Assembly (NCBI RefSeq): GCF_006345805.1
Contig: NC_043010.1
Span: 17,546,001 to 17,610,000, forward strand
Direction of reading: 5' to 3'
Source: Octopus sinensis
Lineage: Eukaryota
DNA: 64,000 bases
Below the pieces are notes generated by a model. It did no database searches, was not told the origin of the DNA, and was given only the letters and a program-made list of their open reading frames with translations. Shown piece after piece: positions 52,144-64,000 of this stretch (positions within the stretch are counted from its first letter, which is position 1; each line of letters begins with the position of its first letter). The position numbers and the translations under genes are program-made.

Positions 52144-54693
52144 TACTTTTGATGTAACGGATATTCACAGTGAACTGCGGAATAAAATTAATTTTAGATT
52201 AGTTTTAGATTGCAGTGCGAATTTTAATCGAACGGTCGCCCTTCTAACAAATGCTGAAAATGTTTCACTAACAAATAAGCTACCAAAGGTTTTTTTTTTA
52301 CTAGAAGTGCGTATCTCGTTTCTGCCGGTTTCAGGCGCTTGGAGAACAAAAACGAAAGGGGTTACCAGGCATTGAGAACAAATTGTTGCAAAACTGCCGG
52401 TAAGTCTATCTGAAGCATCAGCTATTAAAGCTAATGGTGCTTCTGGAACTGGACGTATCAACAGAGTAACTCTCGGTAATTTCTCCTTAATATCATGGAA
52501 AAACTGTCAGAGCAGCTAAATTTATTGATACAGTTTTGTTCTTTTGGGGTTTTATTTTTTCGAGTACTTAGCAATTAGGTGAGAGGAAAAATTGTTGCTG
52601 TATAGTGTGGAATAAATCTTCTATAGAAATTAATAAATCCGAGAAATTCTCGTAACCTCCTTGGCGACGTAGGAACTGGAATATCTCGAATAGCATCAAC
52701 TTTTTCCTTCACAGGACAAATTCTAACTTTACCGATGACTTGTTCCAAAAATTGGCATTGATTATTACACCATGCCGTGATAATCTAGTAAAAATATGTT
52801 CCAAATGAAGAAAATGTTAATAAGTCTTCAGTGCAGGCAAAACCAAAATTTAGACCACGAATGACCTCATCGATAAATCTTTGAAAGGTATTAACAGCAT
52901 TACGAAAATCAAAAGGCGTTCTAATAAACTCGATTAGTCCAAAAGGAGTGGTTGTCGCCGTCTTAGGAACGTCGGCTGGTTCAATATGGATTTGATTGTA
53001 AGCGCGTATTATTAGATCGATCTTCGAGAAAGACACTACAACCGTGTAATGATGCTGAAAAATCATGAATACGCACGATAGGATATCTGTCTGGCACTGT
53101 TAAAGCATTTAAATGTATGTAATCACCGCAAGGGTACCAATCTCCCTCAGACTTTTTCAAGACAAAACGAAGCGGAAGAGGCCAATTACTGTTAGAAGGT
53201 CGAATTATACCAAAGTTCAACATATGACCGAATTCTTCCTTAGAAATTTTAAGCTTGTCCATGATAAGATGTCTGGGACGAGATGAAAGAGGAGAACCTT
53301 TCGTAACGATATGATGAATAACCGACTGCACATGACTCTTGTTACGGAATACAGTACGAGTAAATCTCGGAAACCGGTGAAGAATCTCGTGGAAACGATT
53401 GGATACAGATGGGACAAAAAAAAAGACGGTAAAAGACCTTGAAGACATAACTTGTGTTGATAACTCATTTCTGGTATCAATTAACCGCTTATGCCTTAAA
53501 TCAAGGAGAAGACCAAAATGGTGAAAGAAGTCAGCTCCGAGGATAGAATACGGTAAGTCTGCAGTGATGAATATCCATTTAAACAGTCGCCTTAGGTTTC
53601 TGTCCAAAGTAAAAGACTTTCTTCTGTATGTCGGAATAGGCGAATGGTGCACTGCTTGCTGGGTGATAGAAATCGGTTTACGTGAATCAGAAAGCAGGTT
53701 GACAGATGCTACACGCTGCTCCAGGGTCAACTAATAATCGTTGCTTGGAGATGGTGTCGAAGGTGAAAAGAACGCTACAAACTGATGATTCACTCAGAGA
53801 TTTAGTCGCATTCAATCTCTGGTTATTTGGCTTTCCTGACACTGCACAGATGTATTAAAAGAGCTGTAGAAATATATTTGCATGCATTTATACCGAAACG
53901 ACCTGATACTAGCAGAAAGAAAATGGTCTCTCGGAGGACTGGAAGATCACCTTCTCGTATTTTTACGGTTTCCGGACTTCGCACGCGAACGATTTCTTGG
54001 AAACTCCAAACATCGGAATTTATCTGTAAAAGCCTATATCCTCTCATCGGTCTATTTACGAAACATTGCTGTCTCGGAAGATATCGATGAACTAAGAGGA
54101 TAAGTTACAGGATTGTTGGTACTAGAAGAAATATCCACGATACCATCAGCTAATTCGGCAAGCTGCTGGATGGAACTTTGTTTCCGTTTGGTTGTTAAAA
54201 TAGCCTGCACATTAGGTGGAAGGCGAGAAAAGAATTTAACAGCTATTTCAGGCAAACTAGAAATTCGGCGCGTAAATGAAGTGGTGGTGTTGGGTCGGTG
54301 ATAAATGAAAGTAAAAATCTTCTCACAAGCTATTCCACTAAAGACGATATTCTGCCAAAATATTATCTCTATGAAGATTTTCTGAACTGAAGACTTTTGA
54401 ACTGAAGAAAAGAAGTTTTAAGAATACTGAAAGAGGATGACGAAGAATACATTCAGTGGAAACAAATTGTAGGGAATTTATGTTGACTTGTAAACACGAT
54501 TCGTCGGTGGTCACCACTTGTAACTGCAAGAGAAAGATGTGGAGTAAACTCTGTGATAAAGAAATGATTTACCACTTATCGTATGTGAGTAGCAAGTTCC
54601 ATGTTAGACGTTAGGTGTCATAAAACATTGCATGTGGCTGTAAGAAAAACTCCGCTGGGCGTAACGAGATTTGTGGATTTGTTTCGCCCTTCA

Positions 54694-54710
54694 ACGTTTG
54701 GGGTCACCGA
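54694..54710 (-). promoter_or_regulatory. degenerate primer-binding site, tRNA-Trp type
   Basis: TCGGTGACCCCAAACGT directly after the 5' LTR end (...TTACA). Compare TGGTGACCCCGACGT, the complement of the tRNA-Trp 3' end used by CsRn1-clade elements. Confidence 0.65.
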
Positions 54711-55384
54711 TTGTAAGAAGGGAAGGCTCCCTTATGAATTGGAAAATAATTTATTGTTAATGGAAACATTCAGATGAAATAGCGTAATATGACACGTGCA
54801 GAAAGTCTGTGTTTGAAAATCAATATATGAGCTAATTTTAACATATCGAATGCATATTCAGGCGATGAGACCATTCCAGGTTGAATAAGCAGCTATGAAA
54901 ACAGCTAACTCGTCTAGAGGCACTCTGAATTTTGGCACTCAATTTAGCCATATTTGTAGAGCTCGCTTTCGGAAAGTTTTAGTTAGACCACCGAACTATC
55001 ACGTGAACAACGGCCGTGGATTGAGTAAAATCTCGGTTGTGCGTTTAATTAAATTTTGATTCCTATGTAGCAAAACGCGTGATCTAATATAATATTATTG
55101 TATAAAGTAGTAGAGAAAGTACAACTACTTCACGTCTCAGTGCACCACCTATTGTATGCTGAAACTAAAGGAGTGGTGGCATTTCATTGGCATTAATGTA
55201 TGTGACGTTGTAAATTGTTCCAAAAGCTCTGAGTTGTGGCTTGCACTTAAAGCACGTAGGCAGCACCAACTCAGAATGTTATACTTACAAATATACCACC
55301 TACAGGTGAAATGTAATAATTAGAAATGTTAACGTGACATGGGTGCCTCTCTCTGCGTGTATGAAGTGATTTAACTAGCAAAAC

Positions 55385-55545
55385 ATATGCTGCGTGGTAA
55401 GAAGCTTGCTTCCCAACCACATGATTCCGAGTTCAGTCCCACTTCATGGCGCCTTGGACAAGTGTCTTCTTCTTTACCCTCGGGCTGACCAAAGCCTTCT
55501 GAGTGGATTTGGTAGATAGAAACTGAATGAAGCCCCCGTCGCGCG
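55385..55545 (+). mobile_element. tRNA-derived SINE family C
   Basis: GTGGTAAGAAGCTTGCTTCCCAACCACATG..GAGTTCAGTCCC..CCAAAGCCTT.TGAGTGGATTTGGTAGA. Other copies at about 24272-24440 (+) and 33790-33950, 36180-36305 (-). Confidence 0.75.
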
Positions 55546-55932
55546 CGCGTGTACATACATAGATACATACATACATACAGACTAGGAATCTGTCATTTAT
55601 GACTACGTGTGTTCCAGTTGATCCAATCAAGAGAACCTGCTCGTGAAATAAGCATGCAAGTGGCTGAGCACTCCACAGACACGCGTACCCTTCATGCAGT
55701 TCTCAGGGAGATTCAGCGTGACGCAGAATGTGACAACGCTGGCACTTTTAAACACATGTCCACATTTTTACCAGCAGAGAGAACCGAAGCAACATGAAAT
55801 AAAGTGTCTTGCTGAAGGACACAACTCGCTGCCTGGTATCGAACTTACGACCTTATGATCGTGAGCTGAATTGTCCAAACCACTAAGCCACGCGCCTTCG
55901 CCTCCCCCCACCCACACACACGTACGTACACA

Positions 55933-56804
55933 TGTGGTCTGATCAATAAGTATCCGGACTGCTGCCACAGTAACGAAGCTAAAGCAGGCAGAGTGAAACC
56001 GCTTGACAAAGATTGACATTGAATTCTGCTGTGCATGCGCACTAAGTTTTAACGTTTTAGCTCACTCATGCTGATTACAGCAGTGCTGGGAAGGAAGGTG
56101 TGTAACGTGTGATCATCGCGTTGACCATGACAGAGAAGGTCGTCACGGCGATTCCTGATCAGAGGCCTACGCAAAGTTACAGAAAGTGTAAGGAGAAGAG
56201 TGTATGGGCCGCACACAAGTGTATGAGTGGTTCAGACGTTTCCAAGATGACCGAAAAAATGTCGATATTGACGAACGTTCTGGGAGTCCCTCAACCAGTA
56301 GATTTGAGAAGAACATTGCAAATGTGTGTGCAGCTGTGAGAGGGAAATCGTCGAATCACCAATTGTGAGTTAGCAGTGGATGTGCAGATTAGTTACATTT
56401 CAGTTGAATCCATTGTCAGAAGATTTGGATATGAGACGCGTGTCTGCCAAAACTACTTTCAGCTGACCAAAAAGACACTCGGGTTACAGTTGCACAAGAT
56501 CTCCTTGATTGTGTTGAGAACGATGAAAACTTTACAAAGGCCTTTGAGCAGGTATCACCAAACTTTTAGCAAAATTTAATGCAGATTCTCTGCTCAACTT
56601 CCTCTGTCATGATCAATGCGACGATCACACGCTACAGACCTTCCTTCCAAGCATTGCTGTAAACAGCGGGAGTGAGCTAGAACGTTAAAACGTAGTGCGC
56701 ATGACCAGCAGAGTTCAAGATCAATCTGTGCCAAGCGGCTTCACTCTGCGTTCTTTAGTCTCGTTACTATAGCAACAGTCCGGATACTTACTGATCAGAC
56801 AAAG
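55933..56804 (+). mobile_element. mariner deletion derivative with about 135-bp TIRs
   Basis: TIRs GTCTGATCAATAAGTATCCGGACT... and the reverse complement at the right end. Internal N-terminal transposase (MGRTQVYEWFRRFQ..DERSG.PST; DMRRVSAK); no catalytic domain. Confidence 0.82.
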
Positions 56805-56919
56805 TATGTATATAATCAGATGTCGAAATTGTAACGATATTTGGCCACTAAATGATGAGGCAGTGAGCGTGTCCGCGTCCATTGTGTGTTTTCGCCTGCT
56901 TTTTCTTCTTTTTTTTTGT

Positions 56920-57690
56920 CATCTGTTCCTTTGTAGTCCTCCCGTGACATATTTTTATTTTCATTCATAACTATTACACGACACAGCTTTCCCCCCAGGC
57001 AACCGATTCTTTCTATTTCGTGCGACTTCTCCCTCTTTTTATTTCTGTGTCTGTCTTTTCTTCTTTACATTTATCTTTCTATTGGTTTTTTTCTTCTGCT
57101 TACCATTTCCCCACTCACTATCATTTTTTTCTCTATTTGCGTATTCTTCCTTCTCTTTCGCATCTTTCTCCCTATGAATCATTCTATTTCTACGGCTGTA
57201 TCTACCTTTCTGTTCTTTCTTATTTCTTTTTGCTTTCTCTGTCTATCGTTTCCACTTAATAAGTATCTTTTTCCTTTTTCCTTCTCACGTAGTTTTCTTT
57301 CAATGTTTGGTTCCTTTTTTCTTTCTATCGTTGTTTCTTTCTACACTCCCCGTTTCTTCATTTTTCTTTATCTCTTTCTCTGTTGTTTTTTTATCTCTGT
57401 ACGGCCCTTCCTCTCTCTCACTTTGTCTTTTTCTCAACCCACTCATATATTCTTTCCGTATACCCCCCCCCAAAGGCACCGCATGGCCAGCCTTTTTGCA
57501 TTGACCGTTCTCACGGTCAGTTGCAATTTTTCCAGCTCTTGATTTGTCTAAGACTTTAAATTTAGTTTCAATTCTTAGTTTATCGAACTTATATTAAAAA
57601 AAAAATTATACACATATTTTTCTGAGCCCGAAAAGACCACCATCTATCCTCTTTGCGTTTCTTCGAACAACACGTCTTATTGCTGTCACG

Positions 57691-57726
<36 letters not shown>

Positions 57727-58513
57727 GATAAAGACCACAGAATTCTGTTCGAGATTTTTGATAATGAAATATTTTTTTATCGTAAACAAAAAAAAAAAAA
57801 AAATGTTGTCACTACGAACAACAGACACCAAAATAGTTCGAAGGTTATTGTTCTTGAACTCGGTATCACAGCAGTTGCTATCATGAGTTTCTTGATGTTA
57901 GCTGGTCAGTGTGTTGCCGTTGCCGCCTGTCCATTTTTTCTGTGTTGTGACAGCGCTCTGGCCAGGTACTGGTTGTGCCACTGTCAGCTGACCGCCATCT
58001 TCTGTGTCCAGTCTTATGTCCACCGTCTGTCAGTGGTGGTTAAAATGCGCTGAATACATAGTCGTGCTCTTGCTCAGAAAAAGCGCACCAAAGATGAAAT
58101 GATTGTCAGATCCGGTTCCCCACGAAGTCTCGAATGGGCATATTTTTTGATGACGACGGTTGTATTGTAGCGAATTGCAATCGCGTTCTTGGGTTGTTTA
58201 CTAGTTTTACATTCGACTGCTAAATATTCCTGCTACATGTGTATGTATGTATGTATGTATGTATGTATGTATGTATGTATGTATGTATGTATGTATGTGT
58301 ATGTACACACTTGGCCAACCTTAATTGAAAATAGCCACACACCCACTTCTCTTTTCCGCCACACTGTTGACTCAGATCTTACGACTGATAGCTTATTTCC
58401 TTTGAAACTTCTTCTCACAAAACTCTGTGTTCAGTTAGAATCATCTTCTTCCACCTCATCAGACAATACGACTGTCACGACACGACTAAGAGATGTTTAA
58501 ACGTATTGGGTCA
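56920..58513 (+). repeat. direct duplication copy 1 (1.59 kb)
   Basis: Near-identical to 59328-60914; differs by a few substitutions and homopolymer or microsatellite lengths. Confidence 0.95.
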
Positions 58514-59327
58514 AGTGAAGTTTCCTCCCCCAGATTCCCCATCGTTTCTCTGTAACCGTGCCGTTTGCATGAGGTTCTTCTTAGTCTTTTTGGATGAGGT
58601 CAACTTTCTCTCTTCCCTCATGAAGTAAACGGCTGGAGTTGGTCTTATGGAGATCCAATATTTTTTCTGTCTTTCATACAAGACGTCAGCCATGCTTTGA
58701 GGATCTTGCTATAGCATCGTTCATATCTCTCCAGGTTAAGTGCAGTCTAGAATCTTGCAAATATGCCTTCCTACGTGCTTATCTCTCCGTATAATCTGCA
58801 CCATGACGTCTTCCCTTTTCCCCTATCTGTGTAAGTTAGTGTTGGGAGATGGTCCCGCAAGGATTGGAGTAGAAAAAGAAGCAAAAGAGCTCCAATCACC
58901 AAAGATCACATCATGTAATCTTCCGTTTTGGCAGATCACATTTTGTCCAGACTCCTTGGGATCTAAATTCTTCGGCCCTGGACCATTGCTCTTCATCCTC
59001 AGCTTTGATCACATGTATTTATGTATGGATCTTTTGATCTTGTTTCAGTGATTGGACTGCAGCCATGTTGGGCACTGCCTTTAAGAATTTTAGTTGAACA
59101 AATCAACCCCAGTACTTTTTTTTCATGGAGTTAAACAACTTGAAAATTGTTTAACCCATCTTAATTCTATGAAACAAATCAATTTGTCTCTGCCATAAGC
59201 CTATCTTTCAGTTCTGACAATCCCTGTCCAAGACAATCCAACAGGCTGACAAGCAATGCCATCAGCAACTTTAACCATTTCCTCGCACTTTCTTCTCTCC
59301 ATTATTGTGGAGGTCCTCGATCCTTTG

Positions 59328-60104
59328 CATCTGTTCCTTTGTAGTCCTCCCGTGACATATTTTTATTTTCATTCATAACTATTACACGACACAGCTTTCC
59401 CCCCAGGCAACCGATTCTTTCTATTTCGTGCGACTTCTCCCTCTTTTTATTTCTGTGTCTGTCTTTTCTTCTTTACATTTATCTTTCTATTGGTTTTTTT
59501 CTTCTGCTTACCATTTCCCCACTCACTATCATTTTTTTCTCTATTTGCGTATTCTTCCTTCTCTTTCGCATCTTTCTCCCTATGAATCATTCTATTTCTA
59601 CGGCTGTATCTACCTTTCTGTTCATTCTTATTTCTTTTTGCTTTCTCTGTCTATCGTTTCCACTTAATAAGTATCTTTTTCCTTTTTCCTTCTCACGTAG
59701 TTTTCTTTCAATGTTTGGTTCCTTTTTTCTTTCTATCGTTGTTTCTTTCTACACTCCCCGTTTCTTCATTTTTCTTTATCTCTTTCTCTGTTGTTTTTTA
59801 TCTCTGTACGGCCCTTCCTCTCTCTCACTTTGTCTTTTTCTCAACCCACTCATATATTCTTTCCGTATACCCCCCCCCCCCAAAAGGCACCGCATGGCCA
59901 GCCTTTTTGCATTGACCGTTCTCACGGTCAGTTGCAATTTTTCCAGCTCTTGATTTGTCTAAGACTTTAAATTTAGTTTCAATTCTTAGTTTATCGAACT
60001 TATATTAAAAAAAAAATTATACACATATTTTTCTGAGCCCGAAAAGACCACCATCTATCCTCTTTGCGTTTCTTCGAACAACACGTCTTATTGCTGTCAC
60101 GCAT

Positions 60105-60145
<41 letters not shown>

Positions 60146-60914
60146 GATAAAGACCACAGAATTCTGTTCGAGATTTTTGATAATGAAATATTTTTTTATC
60201 GTAAACAAAAAAAAAAAAAATGTTGTCACTACGAACAACAGACACCAAAATAGTTCGAAGGTTATTGTTCTTGAACTCGGTATCACAGCAGTTGCTATCA
60301 TGAGTTTCTTGATGTTAGCTGGTCAGTGTGTTGCCGTTGCCGCCTGTCCATTTTTTCTGTGTTGTGACAGCGCTCTGGCCAGGTACTGGTTGTGCCACTG
60401 TCAGCTGACCGCCATCTTCTGTGTCCAGTCTTATGTCCACCGTCTGTCAGTGGTGGTTAAAATGCGCTGAATACATAGTCGTGCTCTTGCTCAGAAAAAG
60501 CGCACCAAAGATGAAATGATTGTCAGATCCGGTTCCCCACGAAGTCTCGAATGGGCATATTTTTTGATGGCGACGGTTGTATTGTAGCGAATTGCAATCG
60601 CGTTCTTGGGTTGTTTACTAGTTTTACATTCGACTGCTAAATATTCCTGCTACATATGTGTATGTATGTATGTATGTATGTATGTATGTATGTATGTATG
60701 TACGTACACACTTGGCCAATCTTAATTGAAAATAGCCACACACCCACTTCTCTTTTCCGCCACACTGTTGACTCAGATCTTACGACTGATAGCTTATTTC
60801 CTTTGAAACTTCTTCTCACAAAACTCTGTGTTCAGTTAGAATCATCTTCTTCCACCTCATCAGACAATACGACTGTCACGACACGACTAAGAGATGTTTA
60901 AACGTATTGGGTCA
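59328..60914 (+). repeat. direct duplication copy 2
   Basis: Matches 56920-58513; the copies are separated by an 814-bp spacer. Confidence 0.95.
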
Positions 60915-61972
60915 GCTGCCAAGGCCGAAATTAGGGCAGAAACTAAATCAACTTAAGTTTGAGGCTTTGCAATCTACAAGGGCCCTCAAAAGAATCAATT
61001 GTTCGGATTATCACTGGTTTTATTCTTGCGCTTCCTGTTTTCAATTTTTGTGGAGCCAGGTGTAATCTTTCGACAAGGGGCTTCCAAGATATTTTATAAT
61101 TTTCGGGCCACACCAACATTAAATTCGTCCTTGGGCTCCTCAACACTCATGACTCCATACTCACTTTTCATCACCATTCTTTACTTCATCCACCACGACG
61201 TCATTTAATCCTTATTTCCTGGATGTTTCTCTCTGGGAAATCTCTTCCATCCCATGATCTTTTCTCCTACAAAGGTTCAAAACGCTGTCACCTCCTTTGA
61301 TTGATTTATAAGAATTAACACTCTTTAATATACACGCGTGTGTGTATGAGTGTGCAAACATAAGATTGTGTGTGTATATACGTGTGTGACAGGGTGCTTG
61401 ATGATTTCTTAAGCTGTTTTATTTTTCTTGTTGTTTAGGCCCGCCTCAACCTTGATTCAGTAGAGCCTATACTGAGCAAAAACCACTTTCTTTTGTCTCT
61501 TTTCTTTCTTCCTGTTGGGGCGTAAGAATGAGATTTGCGCAAGATTTGACTGCTGTTTTCAGTTATTCAAACGCCTACTTAGAGACCACTTCGTTAGCCC
61601 GTTTTTTTTTTTGTCTTTTTCGTAAGTATAATAACCGCCAAAGATAAGAACAGGCCGGTGATAAGCTATCACGGTTGTCTTATATAAGTGTTGATGCTGT
61701 TAATAGCACGTGACTCAATCCAAACAGCCTTCACATTTGACTTTCATCTCTCTCTCTCTTTCTTGCTTTTTTTCTCTCTTTCACTCATTCTGCCAAATAA
61801 GATCCAATTACACGCTATGTACGGAGTGTCGGTGGCATTGTTCGGATTATCACTGGTTTTATTCCTGCGCTTCTACTGGTAACTTTTAACGATTCTTTTC
61901 ATATTGTTAATGCTTTCTATTCAATTTCAGGACTTTCTCAGCTTTTCGATGAGTGTATGCTTGTGTATGTGC

Positions 61973-62082
<110 letters not shown>

Positions 62083-63679
62083 ATATATATATATATTAAT
62101 GGTGAAGGCCGGTAAAGAATCCCTGTGAAAAAACCCTCTTTCCATTCGAAACTATATGCATATATTTGTGAGTGTGTTTGTGTGTGTGTATTTATCTATG
62201 TATGTATATACGCGCGTGTATACATACATATACACACACACATATTAATATATATAATGTGTGTGTGTAGACATAGGGTAAAATTCAGAATGCTACGTTG
62301 AAACTTGGTGTAAGGACCTTAGCAGAGCCCTAAAGTCCGAGATGCTAGGGTTGCGAAGGTGGGACCAGGCATTATAACTTTTTGCAACCCACTTCATAAG
62401 CTAAAAATTAGGGAAAGTTCACCGCCTGCACCACCCCTACCTTACTGCCGACGTTGTTTTGCATCTAAAAGTTTTTAGGGGTTCTTTTTGTTTTGAATTT
62501 TTTTTTTAATGAGGAAGAAGGGCAGTATCCATCGCTCTTTTCAGGGTCTCCAAGATCGAGTGGTGTAGGAAGTAGTGACGCAGCGTGGATGGAGCCACAA
62601 GGATGGCTTTCGTGGGTACAAAATTGCAGAAAAAAAGAGGGGAAAAAAAGGAAAAATGAAAATGAATTAATGTTAATAATAAATAGATTTTAAAAAATAG
62701 CGCGTCCTCTCAGTAATATTTGGTTTTTCCCGAGCACTGGGGGTCCACATCATGCGACTGAAGAATACCCAGATCGCCGGAAACCTGGCGCGGAGATTTA
62801 CAAACAGGATGGACTCCGCTAAAGGCATCATAAAGGCCAGGTAAGGGATGTGTTAAACGGGTCAACAAATTAAATCTAACAGGAAAATTAGGCCAAAACA
62901 AAGGACGGAAGGGGGGGTTGCTATGCCGCGAGGATGGAAGAGTAAAGTTGTAAACATTTGTTGTTTTGAATTAAGAACAGAAAACTAATGTTGTGAGAAA
63001 GAAACAAATACTTTTGTAAAGAGAAGGTAGGGATCGGGTGATCTTGTTGGCATGGTGGGGACAGATGACGGCTTTTGAAGGGAACCCTCTTCTGTTGGGA
63101 ATTTTTCAAAGAGAATTACTTGTATACATGCGCGCACGCACGTACACACACATGTATATATAGGTGAACCGTTCTAGTTGTTTGTTTTTTTATTCTGTTG
63201 CACGTATGTATATTATATTCACTTCATGTACATGGGTGTATATATCCAGAACTCATACATATGTCGCGTGTATTTAGCATTGATCTTTTGAGTATTTGAT
63301 GAGGAGTTTGAAACGGGGACCGTGTTTCCCATTTGGCCTGGACCTATTCATTAGTGGTTTTGCGTAGGCCTGTTAATCTGTCTGCTTGTCTATGTACGTT
63401 CGTTCGTTCTGACTGCCTTCCTCGGGCCCTCAACCCCTGCTGGGCAGGGAGTCGTCAGAGGACCACCACCGTCACATATGGCATGTCTTGGGTCAACTTC
63501 AACCTAACGGAGCTCAACCATTTCATTCCGGGTCCAGTCACAGCTGATTTCAGAAACAGCGAACGAAATACAAGAACCTACTCCACTGTGTGGCCCTTAC
63601 TCTATTCATTGAGCCCCTAAAACATAAAGAGCAACGTTTACCTTGGCGAAATTTGAAGTCAGTGCTGAGATTGTTGCCT

Positions 63680-63910
63680 TACATGTATGTATGTGTATAT
63701 ATGTATAAATGTTTGCATATATATAAATATGTCTGTCGGAATGTATATACAAGTATGTATGTATGTATGTATGTGTGAACGTATGTATGTATGTATGTAT
63801 GTATGTATGTATGTATGTATGTATGTATGTATGTATGTATGCATGTATGTATGTATGTATGTATGTATGTGTGAACGTATGTGTGTGTAAACGTATGTGT
63901 ACGTATGCGC

Positions 63911-63956
<46 letters not shown>

Positions 63957-63990
63957 GCGTGTGTGTGCGTATGTGTGTACTCATGCATGT
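63680..63990. repeat. (TATG)n/(TA)n/(CA)n microsatellite
   Basis: Read directly. Similar (ATT)n tracts at 395-590 and 26330-26450. Confidence 0.9.
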
Positions 63991-64000
63991 AATTATGCAT

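Larger units (their letters stand above)
46986..55107 (-). mobile_element. decayed Ty3/Gypsy LTR retrotransposon, CsRn1-like clade
   Basis: Diverged LTRs at about 46986-47442 and 54712-55107. Gag (FFSRLPPNVQAIL..LAELADGI) about 53830-54340; protease ([24 protein letters not shown]); RT 52780-53400 ([29 protein letters not shown]); RNase H 52146-52460; integrase HHCC and rve 48130-48900. Confidence 0.88.

Overview
Eukaryotic, AT-rich, microsatellite-dense genomic DNA with long introns. The repeat families look like those of a coleoid cephalopod such as octopus; this is inference from recalled repeat consensi, and no search was run. One host gene can be fully reconstructed: a 7-exon LHPP orthologue (HAD-family phospholysine/phosphohistidine inorganic pyrophosphate phosphatase) on the + strand, CDS 8281-38630, 271 aa, with a GC-AG intron 5. 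The rest is mainly mobile DNA. (1) A 5'-truncated Penelope-like element (GIY-YIG ORF) lies between inverted pseudo-LTR arms that each carry an identical type I hammerhead ribozyme. (2) A Tx1-clade LINE plus an R4/Dong-like fragment are inserted with one shared 7-bp TSD into the terminal inverted repeat (TIR) of a MITE; a SINE subfamily shares the 3' end of this LINE. (3) A decayed CsRn1-like Gypsy element is interrupted by a DD35D pogo transposon with a PHD finger and an internal antisense copy of its own transposase. (4) There are also RTE fragments, mariner and maT deletion derivatives, hAT MITEs, two structured minisatellites and a near-identical 1.59-kb direct duplication. No prokaryotic features, CRISPR arrays, rRNA or genuine tRNA genes were seen. 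Most ORFs in the supplied track are microsatellite artefacts. All coordinates and alignments were done by eye.
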